A stretch of 63,821 bases of DNA, counting the filler, from Folioceros fuciformis (lineage: Eukaryota), in the NCBI GenBank assembly GCA_049999805.1. It is 7 parts of 7 records of this genome, joined end to end, with 100 filler letters (N's around TTAATTAATTAA, not from the genome) between each part and the next. Parts side by side here need not be neighbours in the genome. Positions count along the whole stretch, not along the records: positions 13,202 to 31,097 come from JBNGIO010004407.1; positions 31,198 to 39,230 come from JBNGIO010004410.1; 5 more parts are not named here. One strand, given 5' to 3'. Below, in pieces: positions 25,105 through 35,959 of this stretch (positions are counted from its first letter, which is position 1; each line of letters begins with the position of its first letter). The position numbers and the translations under genes were made by a program. The notes under the pieces were generated by a model. The model did not search any database. It saw only the letters and a program-made list of their open reading frames with translations, and was not told the DNA's origin.

Positions 25105-25529
25105 GGTATTAGGGAGCTCACTAAAGTCGATGGCTCTAAAGGTCCAAAATCTACGGGCACTTTGCACAGACCCTATACATCCATTATACGGAGTGACATC
25201 CATTATACGGAACTACGGGGGTGGGGTCCGGAGCCCAAAAATGCATTGGCGCACTGATTGATCCCAATCCCAAGGCACATGCCCTTGCAGTGCGCGCCGG
25301 CCGGTGCCTAGGCACCACACTAGGCTTCCTCGTTGCCATGTGCGTTACAGTTGCTGCCCTCTTGGTGGTCTTGGTAAGACTCAAGCTTTGTCTTGGAGCA
25401 GGCCCTGCATCTCAATGTCTTCCTCTAGTTCGTTGTCCGCATGGATGCAGAGACCGAGAACTATTTCACCAGGGTGGAGAGGATCCAAACATATACCAAC
25501 ACTCAATCGAAGTAGATCCTCACACACCT
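25105..25529 (+). pseudogene. Degenerate partial copy of ABCC TMD2 (corresponds to ~21855-22285)
   Basis: Shares ATGTGCGTTACAGTTGC, GCAGAGACCGAGAACTA and GAGAGGATCCAAACATA with the intact gene. Contains indels and ends at an LTR start. Confidence 0.9.
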
Positions 25530-27520
25530 GTAAGACTACTATGTTAAGATATAGCACGCTAGCCCTTATGGCACAATTCGGATTAAGGCAGATACATAAT
25601 AGGCACCATATCAAACCGACACCGAGACGGTTACAGGCACATGATGCTTGGGCACAGCCCTCATGTATTGAGCGCATCTACTCAGCCAATTATTCAATCC
25701 ATACTACAGCAATCCATCCAGTGTCATATGTGACCGAAACATGGTATCAAAGCGGGCACTACAACACCCCTGATATCTGCACTACATAATAATGAGACAT
25801 AAAGACTTACAGCCATGCCAAGCTTACGGAGGAGACAGTGTTTGCTCCAAAGAGCAAACCAAATTTTAGAGAATATGGAAATTCAAAGAACCCGCAGACA
25901 GCAGAGCTACCTAAAAGAGGCCTATGAGAACCTTTTGCACTACGCTTGGATCAGGACCTGCTTTGTCCTCCTTGTGATCGCAAAAGAATTATACGTCATA
26001 GGTTTTGTTGACCCACAGGACTACAACTGAGCATACATACACTTCTCCTTCCTCTACACACAAGAATGAGCACAAAACAATTCACAATGATTAGACAGTT
26101 CACAACCACAATTGATGTGCACAACCCAATTGACCCAACACAAATTAAGGAATCCATAATTTGCTACACAACCTCTGCAGACAAAATTGTCTTCTCATAA
26201 TTGTCTTCTGCGGAGTGAATGGAGGTCAGCAGGCTTCCTAGTTACTGGGAATGATGATCACTAGAATCACGCCTGCCCTTGGGGAAGGTGAGCCCCCATG
26301 GCTCTCGGGTGAATTTGAGGTTTACGTCTGGATGGTCTTAGCGGTCCACTACTATCAAGGTGATGGGAAGCATTTTCCGCGTCCTATCCAGAGGGCTGGA
26401 CACGAGGTCAAGTTTTCCTCCTGATCATGGTACTTATGCTATGTAAATACGTAGGCAGGGGTCCCCTTAGTATTATAAGGGGATGACAATATCAATCAGC
26501 ATTCTTTTCTTCACGAAAAAATTGTCTTCTCATAGTGCCAGGTTCACCAAATAACCTATACATTCTGCCCCCAACACCTGAAATTGAAGAATTGCAAAAC
26601 AACATTATCCTAATACTACAAAACTTAGAAGCCAACATAGTTCCCAACCCCACTACTTGCAACCTCTACAAAATCCTACTCACTATCCAAGTACAAACTA
26701 CATGCCTACTCAAGCACACAATCCTCACCCTCTAAGCAACTAAGTCATAGCTCTTACCACAATGGCCACATCTTCAATCAACCTGTCAAAGGAAGACCGC
26801 TTTGATGGCCAGCAACACAACTTTGCTGTATGGAAATTCTGTATCACTGAAATTTTGAAAGAACGTAAGCTTCGGGCTTATGTTGGCGGTGTAGGAAACC
26901 CTCCTGTTGTCACAGCACAACTCCCCGCCACCACCACTGCAGCATAGAAAGAGGAGTGGGAAGATAAAAACCAACAGGCCAAAAATATCCTCATGCAATC
27001 TATGAGGTCAGGGAACGTCCAGCAAATCGCAGGTGTAAAGACTATAGCCAAAGCCTAGAAACAGCGACATCACATATATGCCTCAACAAACACTATGCAC
27101 ACAGTGCACACTATTAATTTCTTTGAACACCGAATGTCCGAGACTGACCAGGTGGATCAACACACCATGCACTTTAGGTGCTAGATGACAAAATTTACAG
27201 CCACAGGCTTCGCCATCCAAGAGGATCTTTCTGCAGCTCTCCTATTATCCACCTTACCGGAGTCTTGGGTTAATGTAGTCCAATCCCTACAAGGTGTACA
27301 ACCTCTCACCGTTAACAAGGTGATCAACGAAGAGGCTAGAAGGAAAATACAAAGCAACTCCTTTACAGGCAAATCCTCCTCAAGGGCATTCTTCATGGGA
27401 CGCGGTAGATCTAGGGGCATAGGCCGTGGCTATTTCAGAGGCAGCAATCGAGGCAAAAGTACTTACCCTAACAGAGGACGTGGAAATTATAATCCTTCAT
27501 GGAAACCAGTGTGTGGATAC
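25529..27520 (+). mobile_element. Ty1/copia 5' part (element A): LTR, PBS, leader, gag
   Basis: LTR TG...GAAACA ends 25741, followed by PBS TGGTATCAAAGC 25742-25753. Gag starts 26762 (DRFDGQQHNFAVWK, LLLSTLPESW) and is cut at the zinc knuckle (PVCGY). The LTR start is uncertain (25529 or 25542). Confidence 0.85.
26200..26517 (+). mobile_element. 5'-truncated non-LTR (LINE/SINE-like) insertion
   Basis: Flanked by 17-bp direct repeat AAAATTGTCTTCTCATA (26183-26199 and 26518-26534). Ends in a short A-run. Confidence 0.7.
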
Positions 27521-28676
27521 TGAAGGATCGCTAGAGGAGCATGGTGAAGGAGAAGAGAGGAGGAGGCAAGGAGGAGAGGAGAAAAAAAGGTCACACTCTC
27601 ACAATGAGTCTCTCAATATGCAAGGGAGCTCAAGGGGGTATTTATACCCTCTAGAAGAGCTCCCTAGGAAGCTTCACAAGAAGCGCACAGGAAGCTGTGC
27701 AAGAAGCTTCTAACATATTTGCTTAAGCTAATCTAAACTAATAATACTTAATTAGACACTAATCTTAGACTAAACATGTTAGTCTAAGCACATTGGGCTT
27801 TAGTAACCCTACAACCTCCCCCTTAAAGGCCAATTTACCTTCATGCGAGAGTGGCCTACCTCATGCCCATGAGTGTCCGAGCTTGTGCGAATTGCTCCGA
27901 AGAGAGCCCCTTGGTAAGAACATCTGCAGGGTTCTAACTGGTATGAACTTTGACAAGTTGTACCCTCTTGTCTTCCAACACCGCTCGAATGAAGTGATAC
28001 TTCACTTCCACATGTTTGGTCTTCGCATGAAACACTGGATTCTTCGCCAATTGGATAGCACTCTGGCTATCACAATGCAACACTGGCAGCTCAACCTTGA
28101 TCCCCAAATCTCCCACTAAACGAGCAAGCCACATGGCTTCCTTGCATGCCTCAGTTGCTGCAACATACTCGGCCTCTGTGGTAGATAGTGTTATGCATGA
28201 TTGCAAACGAGATTGCCATGAGACTGCCCCTCATGTGCACATGAAGACGTAACTTGATGTGGACCTCCTTTTGTCCATATCCCTTGCATAATCAGCATCC
28301 ATATATCCCACGACAGATGCATCTTTACTACCAAAACATATGCACAAAGCTTTTGTACCATTCAAGTACCTCATAACTCCTTTCACTGCCTCCCAATGCC
28401 TTCCTGCCAGGGTTTGACATAAACCTGCTAACCACTCCCATTGCAAAGGCAATGTCAGGACGCGTAGCAATCATTGCATACATCAAACTCCCCACAGCTG
28501 ATGAGTATGGNNNNNNNNNNNNNNNNNNNNNNNNNNNNNNNNNNNNNNNNNNNNNNNNNNNNNNNNNNNNNNNNNNNNNNNNNNNNNNNNNNNNNNNNNN
28601 NNNNNNNNNNGCTGAAATCTCATCACTGTTAGTCCCAGCAATTAGCATATCATCCACATAGAGGACTAGAATGAGC
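27521..28676 (-). mobile_element. Ty1/copia 3' part (element B): RT/RNase H, PPT, 3' LTR 27813-27521
   Basis: LYVDDMLIAG, YSSAVGSLMYAM, LSTTEAEY and HAKTKHVEVKYHFIR motifs, PPT AAGGGGGAGG, LTR TGTAGG...CCTTCA. Confidence 0.92.
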
Positions 28677-31097
28677 TGTTGGGAGGATTAATGTTCACAC
28701 CCTCGTAGGTTAGGTTTATATAGATAGATAATATATATATATAGTTCCTTATCTATTAAGTTAGGTTACATAGACGGTTATAACCGTAGTTAGGTTACAT
28801 GCCAAGAAACCGAACTAACTGTCTCTAATTGCTACACTTCATCGTGCACGCACATCCGAGTGCAACTCGCCAAAAAGCTTGAACGTGTGTTGTTAATATA
28901 TACACGCATTTTGTAAAACGTCATGGTATCAGAGCAAGCCAAGCGTTGATGCAACTCCTGCGCCCTCTATCAAGGCGCAATCGTTTTCTATCACCTAGAC
29001 AGGAAAATCATGGATCGCACTAACGCCCTGCACACAAGTTAGACAATCACGGATACCTGTCTCCATGGGCAGTCTGACTTTGCTTCAGTGGGTGGAATGG
29101 ATGATGTTCTTGCGCCAGTTTATGAATCCAGAGCTTGCTGTCATGATCTATCAAGCTGTGGAAGCAGTGCTTTGGCGTGATGAGCAGGCGAGGAAGAAGA
29201 GAGCCCTTTGCATCCGAAAGAGAGTCAGGACTGTCGTGGGAGGATTCAGCAAGAATGTTGCAAGGCGCGTGTAGCGCTTGTCCTGGATCTGCACAGCGAC
29301 TTAGTGAAGTTAGAACCTGAGGAGATGGCCAGTCCTGTCCCTTAGAATGGCTCAATGTCGCTACAATGGAGGCAATCGGCAAAGGATTGTACATCCCGCC
29401 CTGCCTTACGAAATCTCAAACTTCCCATTGCCTAGAAGAAGAAGGTCTGTTAATCATCAGTAGTATGAGTGTATTCCTAACCTAGCTACGTCTAATCCAA
29501 GCACTCATGCTTACCATAAGTCTGTGCTAGGCAGGCAAAGGGAACCCGAGTCACAACAGCAGTTTCAGCCATATATAAAGAAACTGGAGAGTCTCTCACT
29601 ACTGCAGTTGAGAATTTAACCCATCGTCTGGACAACATTAATAGCACAGCCTTGTGTTGTACACAACACATCCTCACCATCTTGGATTCCCTGACAAACA
29701 ACATTGCTAGGTTAGAAGAACACCTTAAACAAATAGACCTGAAAATCTTTGTACTCATGAAGCCACAGTTGCAGGAAAATGAGAGAGCCACTCAGACAAG
29801 TCAGTCCAGGTAGTATCGTCCAACCTGTGCAGTGTGTCAGTCAAGGCAAGTCGACTCAGCTCATGTTGACAGCTGTTGATTTATGAGTGAGCAGGAGAGT
29901 TTGTATACTACACCTGAATGGCTGATGAAGCTTGCGCAGGAAGTTGGACTCTTTGAGTTTAGTGATGAAGATGATGACTTGAACACACAAGTTAATGTGG
30001 ATCTTGACCGTGCATCGGTGAACACAAAACTCTCACACGAGAATTACCGGTTCTTTAGAAACTTCAACATGGATGAAGACAATAAAGCAAGGGACGAAAT
30101 GCTTGCTGCTCTGCAGTCAATGACCACAGTGGTTTTAAAGAGAAGGACCATCTGGTCACAGTCAGTGAATATGACATATGGGTTATGCGAATGCAAGGAA
30201 CTCTTGAAGAGAAAAACCTATGGGGCATGGTAAGTGGAGATGTACCAAAGCCTGAAGTAACCTCAGCTGACTTCCCATTGTGGAGCATTGCAGACATCAA
30301 AGCCAGGAACCTCATCAGGTCAGGCCTGGCTCCAGAGATGCTACGTCAGGCTTCCGATGGCCTAGGGGACTCAGCCAAGGACATGTGGGATCATTTGGCG
30401 ATGATGTTTGCCTCCCACGACATGGCCGCGTCCATGTCCGCCTCTGCAAGGTACCATGGCCTGCGAATGACAGAGGGAGAATCAGTTGAGCACTACATTG
30501 CTAGATTTCGCATTGCACGTGCTAAGCTAAGCTCCACAGGCATTAAAGTCATTGACTATGAAGCAGGATGCAGACTGCTAAGCTCATTACCTCCAAGTTT
30601 TGGGCCGTTTGTTACTGGCGAGTAGGCTATGGTAAAGGTCGAAGCCAGAATCTCGAAAGCCTTGAAGATAGACTCAGATCCCATGACATTTAACGGTGTT
30701 GTTGGTGCTATGCTGCAGGAGGAAGCCACGAGGCTGTCCTCCCGATCTGGAAGACAGCAGACACAGGGTCAGCAAGCCGTGTTTGCTGGTAGGGGAAAAC
30801 CCTTTAAGCGAGGCAGAGGGGGTTCATGGAATGCAAGTCGAGGAGGAAGGTCAAGTGGACCTGGACAAAGCTCAAGCAGTCAAATGCGAGCAGGAAACTA
30901 CAACTGGTGTGGAATACCTGGCCATCGGGCCCGTGATTGCCGCAAGAAGAAGGCTGGAGAGCCTAGGAAGGAAGGTGCTGCTGTAGCTCCTGCAGCACAT
31001 ACAGTGCATGCACCAAAGAAGAAGTCAGCACAAGTAATCCTGACTGTGTGTGTGAACCTCCAAAGTTTGGGGTAGTAGTTTGTTTTGGTTGAAAAAG
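28677..31097 (+). mobile_element. Ty1/copia 5' part (element C): LTR 28677-28923, PBS, long leader, gag
   Basis: LTR TGTTGG...CGTCA, PBS TGGTATCAGAGC 28924-28935. Gag reads WVMRMQGTLEEKNLW, LLSSLPPSF and knuckle YNWCGIPGHRARDC. Confidence 0.9.
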
Positions 31098-31198
31098 NNN
31101 NNNNNNNNNNNNNNNNNNNNNNNNNNNNNNNNNNNNNNNNNTTAATTAATTAANNNNNNNNNNNNNNNNNNNNNNNNNNNNNNNNNNNNNNNNNNNNT

Positions 31199-31486
31199 GA
31201 ACTGCCCGGTACCTACCCGCACTCTTGTGGGTACGATGGTGCTACCGGGATGCTCTTTGCCGGCTCCAAGCAAGGGCTGAGATTCGGCCCCACTGCAAAG
31301 GCAGGCGAAGTGCTGGGCGCTGGCTTGCTCTACGACTCCAACGAGATCTACTTCGCCAAGAACAAAAAGGTGTTCGGCTGGCGTACCTGTAATGTGCAAT
31401 CCTCTTGCGCTCTCTACCCCACCGTAGGCATGCTCACAAGCAGTGACGCAAAGGTACACTTTCGTGCTTCCATTCCCCTTCCTTAA
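31199..31486 (+). CDS. 3' end of a SPRY-domain protein (RanBP9/10-like), 5' lost at contig edge
   Basis: LPGTYPHSCGYDGATG..FGP...GEVLGAGL..IYFAKN..LYPTVGM fits the SPRY consensus. Confidence 0.7.
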   Translation, partial: ELPGTYPHSCGYDGATGMLFAGSKQGLRFGPTAKAGEVLGAGLLYDSNEIYFAKNKKVFGWRTCNVQSSCALYPTVGMLTSSDAKVHFRASIPLP

Positions 31487-32843
31487 TTGACAATGTCGGC
31501 CATCCATCTCGTGTCTGCTACTCTCTCCCACAAGTCGTTGTACCTAGTCTCGATTATGCCCTTCCTTTCAACACGTTCTTGTCTGCACTAAGGATCCCTA
31601 CGTGCGTGTGCGTTTCTCCCGACGTCACACTGAGGTGGTCCAATCCAAGAGCCGTCACCCCAGCGGAGGGAAGTACATCGGAACTGTGAGCAGACTTTAC
31701 TCCACGACCTCGCCAATGACCCCCCAACCAAAGTCGACGTCGCACCATACAGGCGACTATGCACTTCAAAGCTCTCACCTTATCCAGCAGGTCCTGCTCA
31801 CATAGGGAGAACGCCCCCGTGTGAAGCAGCAATAAGAGAACGATTCCTACTGATTGCAACCTCTAAAACGCTATTTGCAAACTCTGCTTGCATACCAGCT
31901 GCACAAACCACAAACTGCCATCATGAAGAAGAGCTTGTTCCCCACAGCTGGTGACGGATAGCAAAGAGTGCATGATTGTTTGTTACCGAAAATTTCAAAG
32001 AATGTCTCAGCAGGTTGCATCAAGCTTGGGACTTTGGGCACTCCTTCTCACATGCTGGAAAACAGCCACATGAATCACAGTTCGCATAAGTAAGCAGCTT
32101 CGGTGGATGTACTTGCCCGGTGCTAGGGATAGATGATAGGGAATGAATGGCTGTGGTTGTAAGTGCCCTTTGACACCTGAAACAAAAGCCTCCACGAATA
32201 CGGGGAAGCCGTACAGTGAGCGGGAGATCAGAGGAGGGGAGACAGTGTGTCTAGAGGTTGGAGGGTTTCTCTTTTGGCTAGCAATGGGACTTTTGGGAAA
32301 ATGGACTCTGTGGCTCAAACGATTGCCGTGTGGGAGTTACTGGGAGTTACGAGTTGAATTGAGTCGGTGGCCAGATGTCCACCAAGTTCCAGCCCGTTGA
32401 GTTCCCACCAAGTTCCAACCTCACTGATAGAAGCGGTATGTCACACGGCTCACGACTCACGGCTCACCAACAAATGGCACTTGCAAGAGCGATTCACCAA
32501 GAGACGTTGAGGTTAGGGCATACCTCAGAGGAAAACACCTGAATTAGTCTAGCTCCGGCTCCAGCGCCGTTCTCTCGGCTACATTGGGTGCAGGTATAGT
32601 TAGTTAATTTGGGGCCCGGATCTTTCCCCTTCTGTCTTGGGCGATGGTGGAAAGGGTTCAATCTTCCTTTCTCCTCGAGTTCACATTACATTCTCACATT
32701 ACATTACTTGTGAGCCTTGATTTCATTACTATCCTCCTTTCTTNNNNNNNNNNNNNNNNNNNNNNNNNNNNNNNNNNNNNNNNNNNNNNNNNNNNNNNNN
32801 NNNNNNNNNNNNNNNNNNNNNNNNNNNNNNNNNNNNNNNNNNN

Positions 32844-32985
32844 GCTAATCCCATTTTGAATCCCCTTACCACCTTCTTGCCTCCACCTCCTTAAAATTGC
32901 TAATCCCATTTTGAATCCCCTTACCACCTTCTTGCCTCCGCCTCCTTAAAATTGCTAATCCCATTTTGAATCCCTTTATCATCTC
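32844..32985. repeat. 55-bp tandem repeat (~2.5 visible copies, abuts a gap)
   Basis: GCTAATCCCATTTTGAATCCC starts at 32844, 32899 and 32954. Confidence 0.85.
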
Positions 32986-33538
32986 TTTGCTTTTAGGTCC
33001 TCCCACTCGTCAATACTATCCACAAACTTCTTTTACTTGGCTTTCTCAAACTGCCAACTAACTTAGAAGATTCGAGGTTGAACTCCTTGCTTTGCCCTCT
33101 CCCTCCTCCCAACTTCCCCTTTCTCACATCCTTCGACCACTCCATTCGCAGGGCCTTAAATTAAAATATCTTCGTCTTACCTTGTCTCTTCGTCTTACCT
33201 TGTCCCCTCTTTCCATTTCCCCTCTCACTTCTAGACTCCGTTTCTCGAAGTCACAGAACATGGAAGACCTCCAAAATGCCCAGCCAAAGACACAGAGGTG
33301 GGGATACAAANNNNNNNNNNNNNNNNNNNNNNNNNNNNNNNNNNNNNNNNNNNNNNNNNNNNNNNNNNNNNNNNNNNNNNNNNNNNNNNNNNNNNNNNNN
33401 NNNNNNNNNNAGTCAACGGCAACACAGCATCAAGCGAAGTCTTGAAGAAGCAAGATGGAGATCGGAGTGGGGTTGGCCAAGGTGTCGCGGTCCGTTGCAC
33501 ATTCCGTGCTCGTTGAGGTGAGGAGAAGCACTACCGTG

Positions 33539-33571
33539 GTGGCAGGAATTTGAGTCACAAGTTCCGCTGAT
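33539..33571 (+). promoter_or_regulatory. Conserved upstream motif of HSPA12-like genes (second copy ~38656-38688)
   Basis: GTGGCAGGAATTTGAGTCACAAGTTCCGCTGAT is identical in both paralogues and contains TGAGTCA within an imperfect palindrome. Confidence 0.45.
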
Positions 33572-33597
33572 TCGTCCTGGCAGCTGGGTAAGCTGCG

Positions 33598-35490
33598 ATG
33601 GCGACGGGGAAGGGGAGCGAGGTGCGAGTGGTGGTAGGGATCGATTTCGGCACCACTTTCTCGGGCTTTGCATTTGCGCACAAGGACGAGCCCGATAAGA
33701 TCTGCACATTCTACGAGTGGCCGGGGCAGGAGGGCAAATCGTATTGCAAGACGCAGACCGCACTCTTCTACACGAAGAAGAATACGGCGTCGAGAAGCAG
33801 GCCAGTTTACGAGGTGACACACTGGGGATGGCCGGCGCAGGCCCGGCAGCTGAAACGAGGCCAGGGCCCGGCAGCTGAATCGGAAGCTGGGGTTTACGTC
33901 ACCAGGTTCAAGCTTCATCTGGCGCCGCAAAAGGCTCGGGATGCCGCTGTGTCCAGGATGCTGTCAGGGCTGGAAATGGAATGGACAGGAGGCAACGGGA
34001 AGAAAAGCATGGCCGGGCTGGCCGAAGAGGCGGACTCCAAGACGGGTGGGGACGCTGTCGGCCTCAAACTTCCCGAGGGCTTGCCAGTGGTGAGAGCGAC
34101 GGCCGACTTCATCAGGGAGATATCCACCTTCGCTCTCGCGCATTTGAAGGAGACATGGGGCGGCCACATTACGGCCAAGGATGTGCGATGGTGCCTGACC
34201 GTGCCCGCCATCTGGGACGATTTCGCCAAGCAGACCATGCGCAAGTGCGCGGAGATGGCCGGGATGGTGGCAGGCCCTAGCTGCCCGCCTCACCTAGCCC
34301 AGACCGCAAGCCCGCATCCCGTGCTTATCGTGTTGGAGTCGGAGGCGGCATCAGCCTACTGCGCGAAGACCAGATCAAAGCAGCTGAACCTAAAGCGCGG
34401 AGACGAGTTCATGGTGGTGGACATCGGGGGAGGCACCACGGACATCGTGGTCCACACCACGGCTAACAATGGCGACAAGGAGCTGAAGCTGAAGGAAACG
34501 GTGCAGAGCTCGGGTGATCTCTGCGGGGGCGTGCATGTGGATGCCAACTTCGTCCACATGCTGCGGGCCAGGATAGGCTGCTTTGACGAAGCGGTGAGCC
34601 AGAACCCTGCTGCCATGACCGTGCTGCACAGGCGGTGGTGCGACATGACAACCTCCTTCGATGGCTCCGAGGCCTGGGGCTCTCAGATTCTGGACGTTCC
34701 CAAGGCCATGAAGAAGGCGTGGAAAGCCTACAACAGGAAATTTGGTGGGAGCGAAGACACGGACTTCAACTACGCCGAGATCGAGCTCACGGTGTCGAAC
34801 ATGAGGCAGATCTTCGACCCCGTGGTAGACAGGATCATAGAGCTCATTCGGGAGGCCATGACCCCGCGCTTGAAGCAGGTGCTGCTGGTAGGCGGTTTCT
34901 CTGTCTCGCCTTACCTGCGGCACAGAGTGAAGGCAGCACTCGCAGGCATGCTGGAAGACAAAGCAATCGTGATGCCGCCAGATCCCGGTAGCGCCGTGTG
35001 CCAAGGAGCTGTCCTCTTCGGTTTCTCCCCAGACGTTATCACCTCCAGAGTGTCCCGGAAAACCTACGGCCTGGAGATGATACGCTCCTTCGATGCGGAG
35101 CGAGATCCTCCCAGCCATCGGATACGGGGTGGCTTCTTGGGTTGGCGATGCATACGCAGGTTCGGCATCTTCGTGCGCAGGGGACAGCACGTTGGCGTGG
35201 ATGAATGTTTCTCCCTTCCCGGATGGCCCGGTCATCCAGACCAAACCATTGTCAAATTTCGCATCTTCAGCACAGACGCCCTGGAGGTGCGCTACGTCAC
35301 CGAGCCCGGCGTGGTTCTGGAAGGCGAATACAGAATGGACATCTCGCAGGATCCCGAGATGCTGGGTATGGAGCGCAAATGGATGACGTCCATGTTCTTC
35401 GGCAGGTCGTGCATCCGCGTTCAGACTCGACGACTCAACTTCGGTGACACTGACGAGATGGTCGAAATGGCCTCCACCCTTGAATTGTGA
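33598..35490 (+). CDS. HSPA12-like atypical Hsp70, intronless, 630 aa
   Basis: VVGIDFGTTFSGFAF, CKTQTALFY, FKLHL, WCLTVPAIWDD, LESEAA, VVDIGGGTTD, FDPVVDRI, LVGGFS.SPYL and SRKTYG motifs. No EEVD tail. Confidence 0.9.
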   Translation: MATGKGSEVRVVVGIDFGTTFSGFAFAHKDEPDKICTFYEWPGQEGKSYCKTQTALFYTKKNTASRSRPVYEVTHWGWPAQARQLKRGQGPAAESEAGVYVTRFKLHLAPQKARDAAVSRMLSGLEMEWTGGNGKKSMAGLAEEADSKTGGDAVGLKLPEGLPVVRATADFIREISTFALAHLKETWGGHITAKDVRWCLTVPAIWDDFAKQTMRKCAEMAGMVAGPSCPPHLAQTASPHPVLIVLESEAASAYCAKTRSKQLNLKRGDEFMVVDIGGGTTDIVVHTTANNGDKELKLKETVQSSGDLCGGVHVDANFVHMLRARIGCFDEAVSQNPAAMTVLHRRWCDMTTSFDGSEAWGSQILDVPKAMKKAWKAYNRKFGGSEDTDFNYAEIELTVSNMRQIFDPVVDRIIELIREAMTPRLKQVLLVGGFSVSPYLRHRVKAALAGMLEDKAIVMPPDPGSAVCQGAVLFGFSPDVITSRVSRKTYGLEMIRSFDAERDPPSHRIRGGFLGWRCIRRFGIFVRRGQHVGVDECFSLPGWPGHPDQTIVKFRIFSTDALEVRYVTEPGVVLEGEYRMDISQDPEMLGMERKWMTSMFFGRSCIRVQTRRLNFGDTDEMVEMASTLEL

Positions 35491-35688
35491 CTGACCAGCA
35501 TTTCACAAATCAACTTGTAAATTGATGACAACTTGTGACTTGTCAAGTCGATTCTCAAAGGCTCCGTGGAAGACGAGCAATGAACTTTCGAAGTTCGAGA
35601 CACTCCTTCACGAGGAAGGTCAAGGCTGTCGTCGTCGGTCCAGATGTTGAGTGATCTTGCCAGGAGAGATGTGTAGACGCACCGGAAT

Positions 35689-35912
35689 GTCTGTGGCTGT
35701 ACCCTAACATGTGGGAAGGTATGCCCCCACACAACCTGCTAGGCAGCGCTTTCAGTTTGCGGGTGACAAAGCATGCATGTGCGGTGGGAGCAGTTGTGGA
35801 AGCACAGGTTGCAAATGTGGTTTTCGACAATGCAAGTGCCAGACACTGTCCTTGTTATGCTGCTTCACAGGAGTGCGATCCCAACGTATGCAGAGACTGC
35901 TGGATGAGGTGC
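35689..35912 (+). pseudogene. Remnant of an E(z)/CLF/SWN-type CXC (pre-SET) domain
   Basis: VCGCTLTCGKVCP...DKACMC..SC..GCKC...QC / RHCPCYAASQECDPNVCRDCWM matches the CXC consensus CPCFAA.RECDPDVCRNCW. Frameshifted, with no SET domain. Confidence 0.75.
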
Positions 35913-35959
35913 CAAAGCCTGGGAGAAAAGAGAGTATTACAGTATGGAGTCAGGGTTCC

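Noticed and set aside
31556-31810. KDPYVRV..GGK resembling a C2-domain fragment
   Set aside because: The match is too short, with no further C2 motifs or gene structure.
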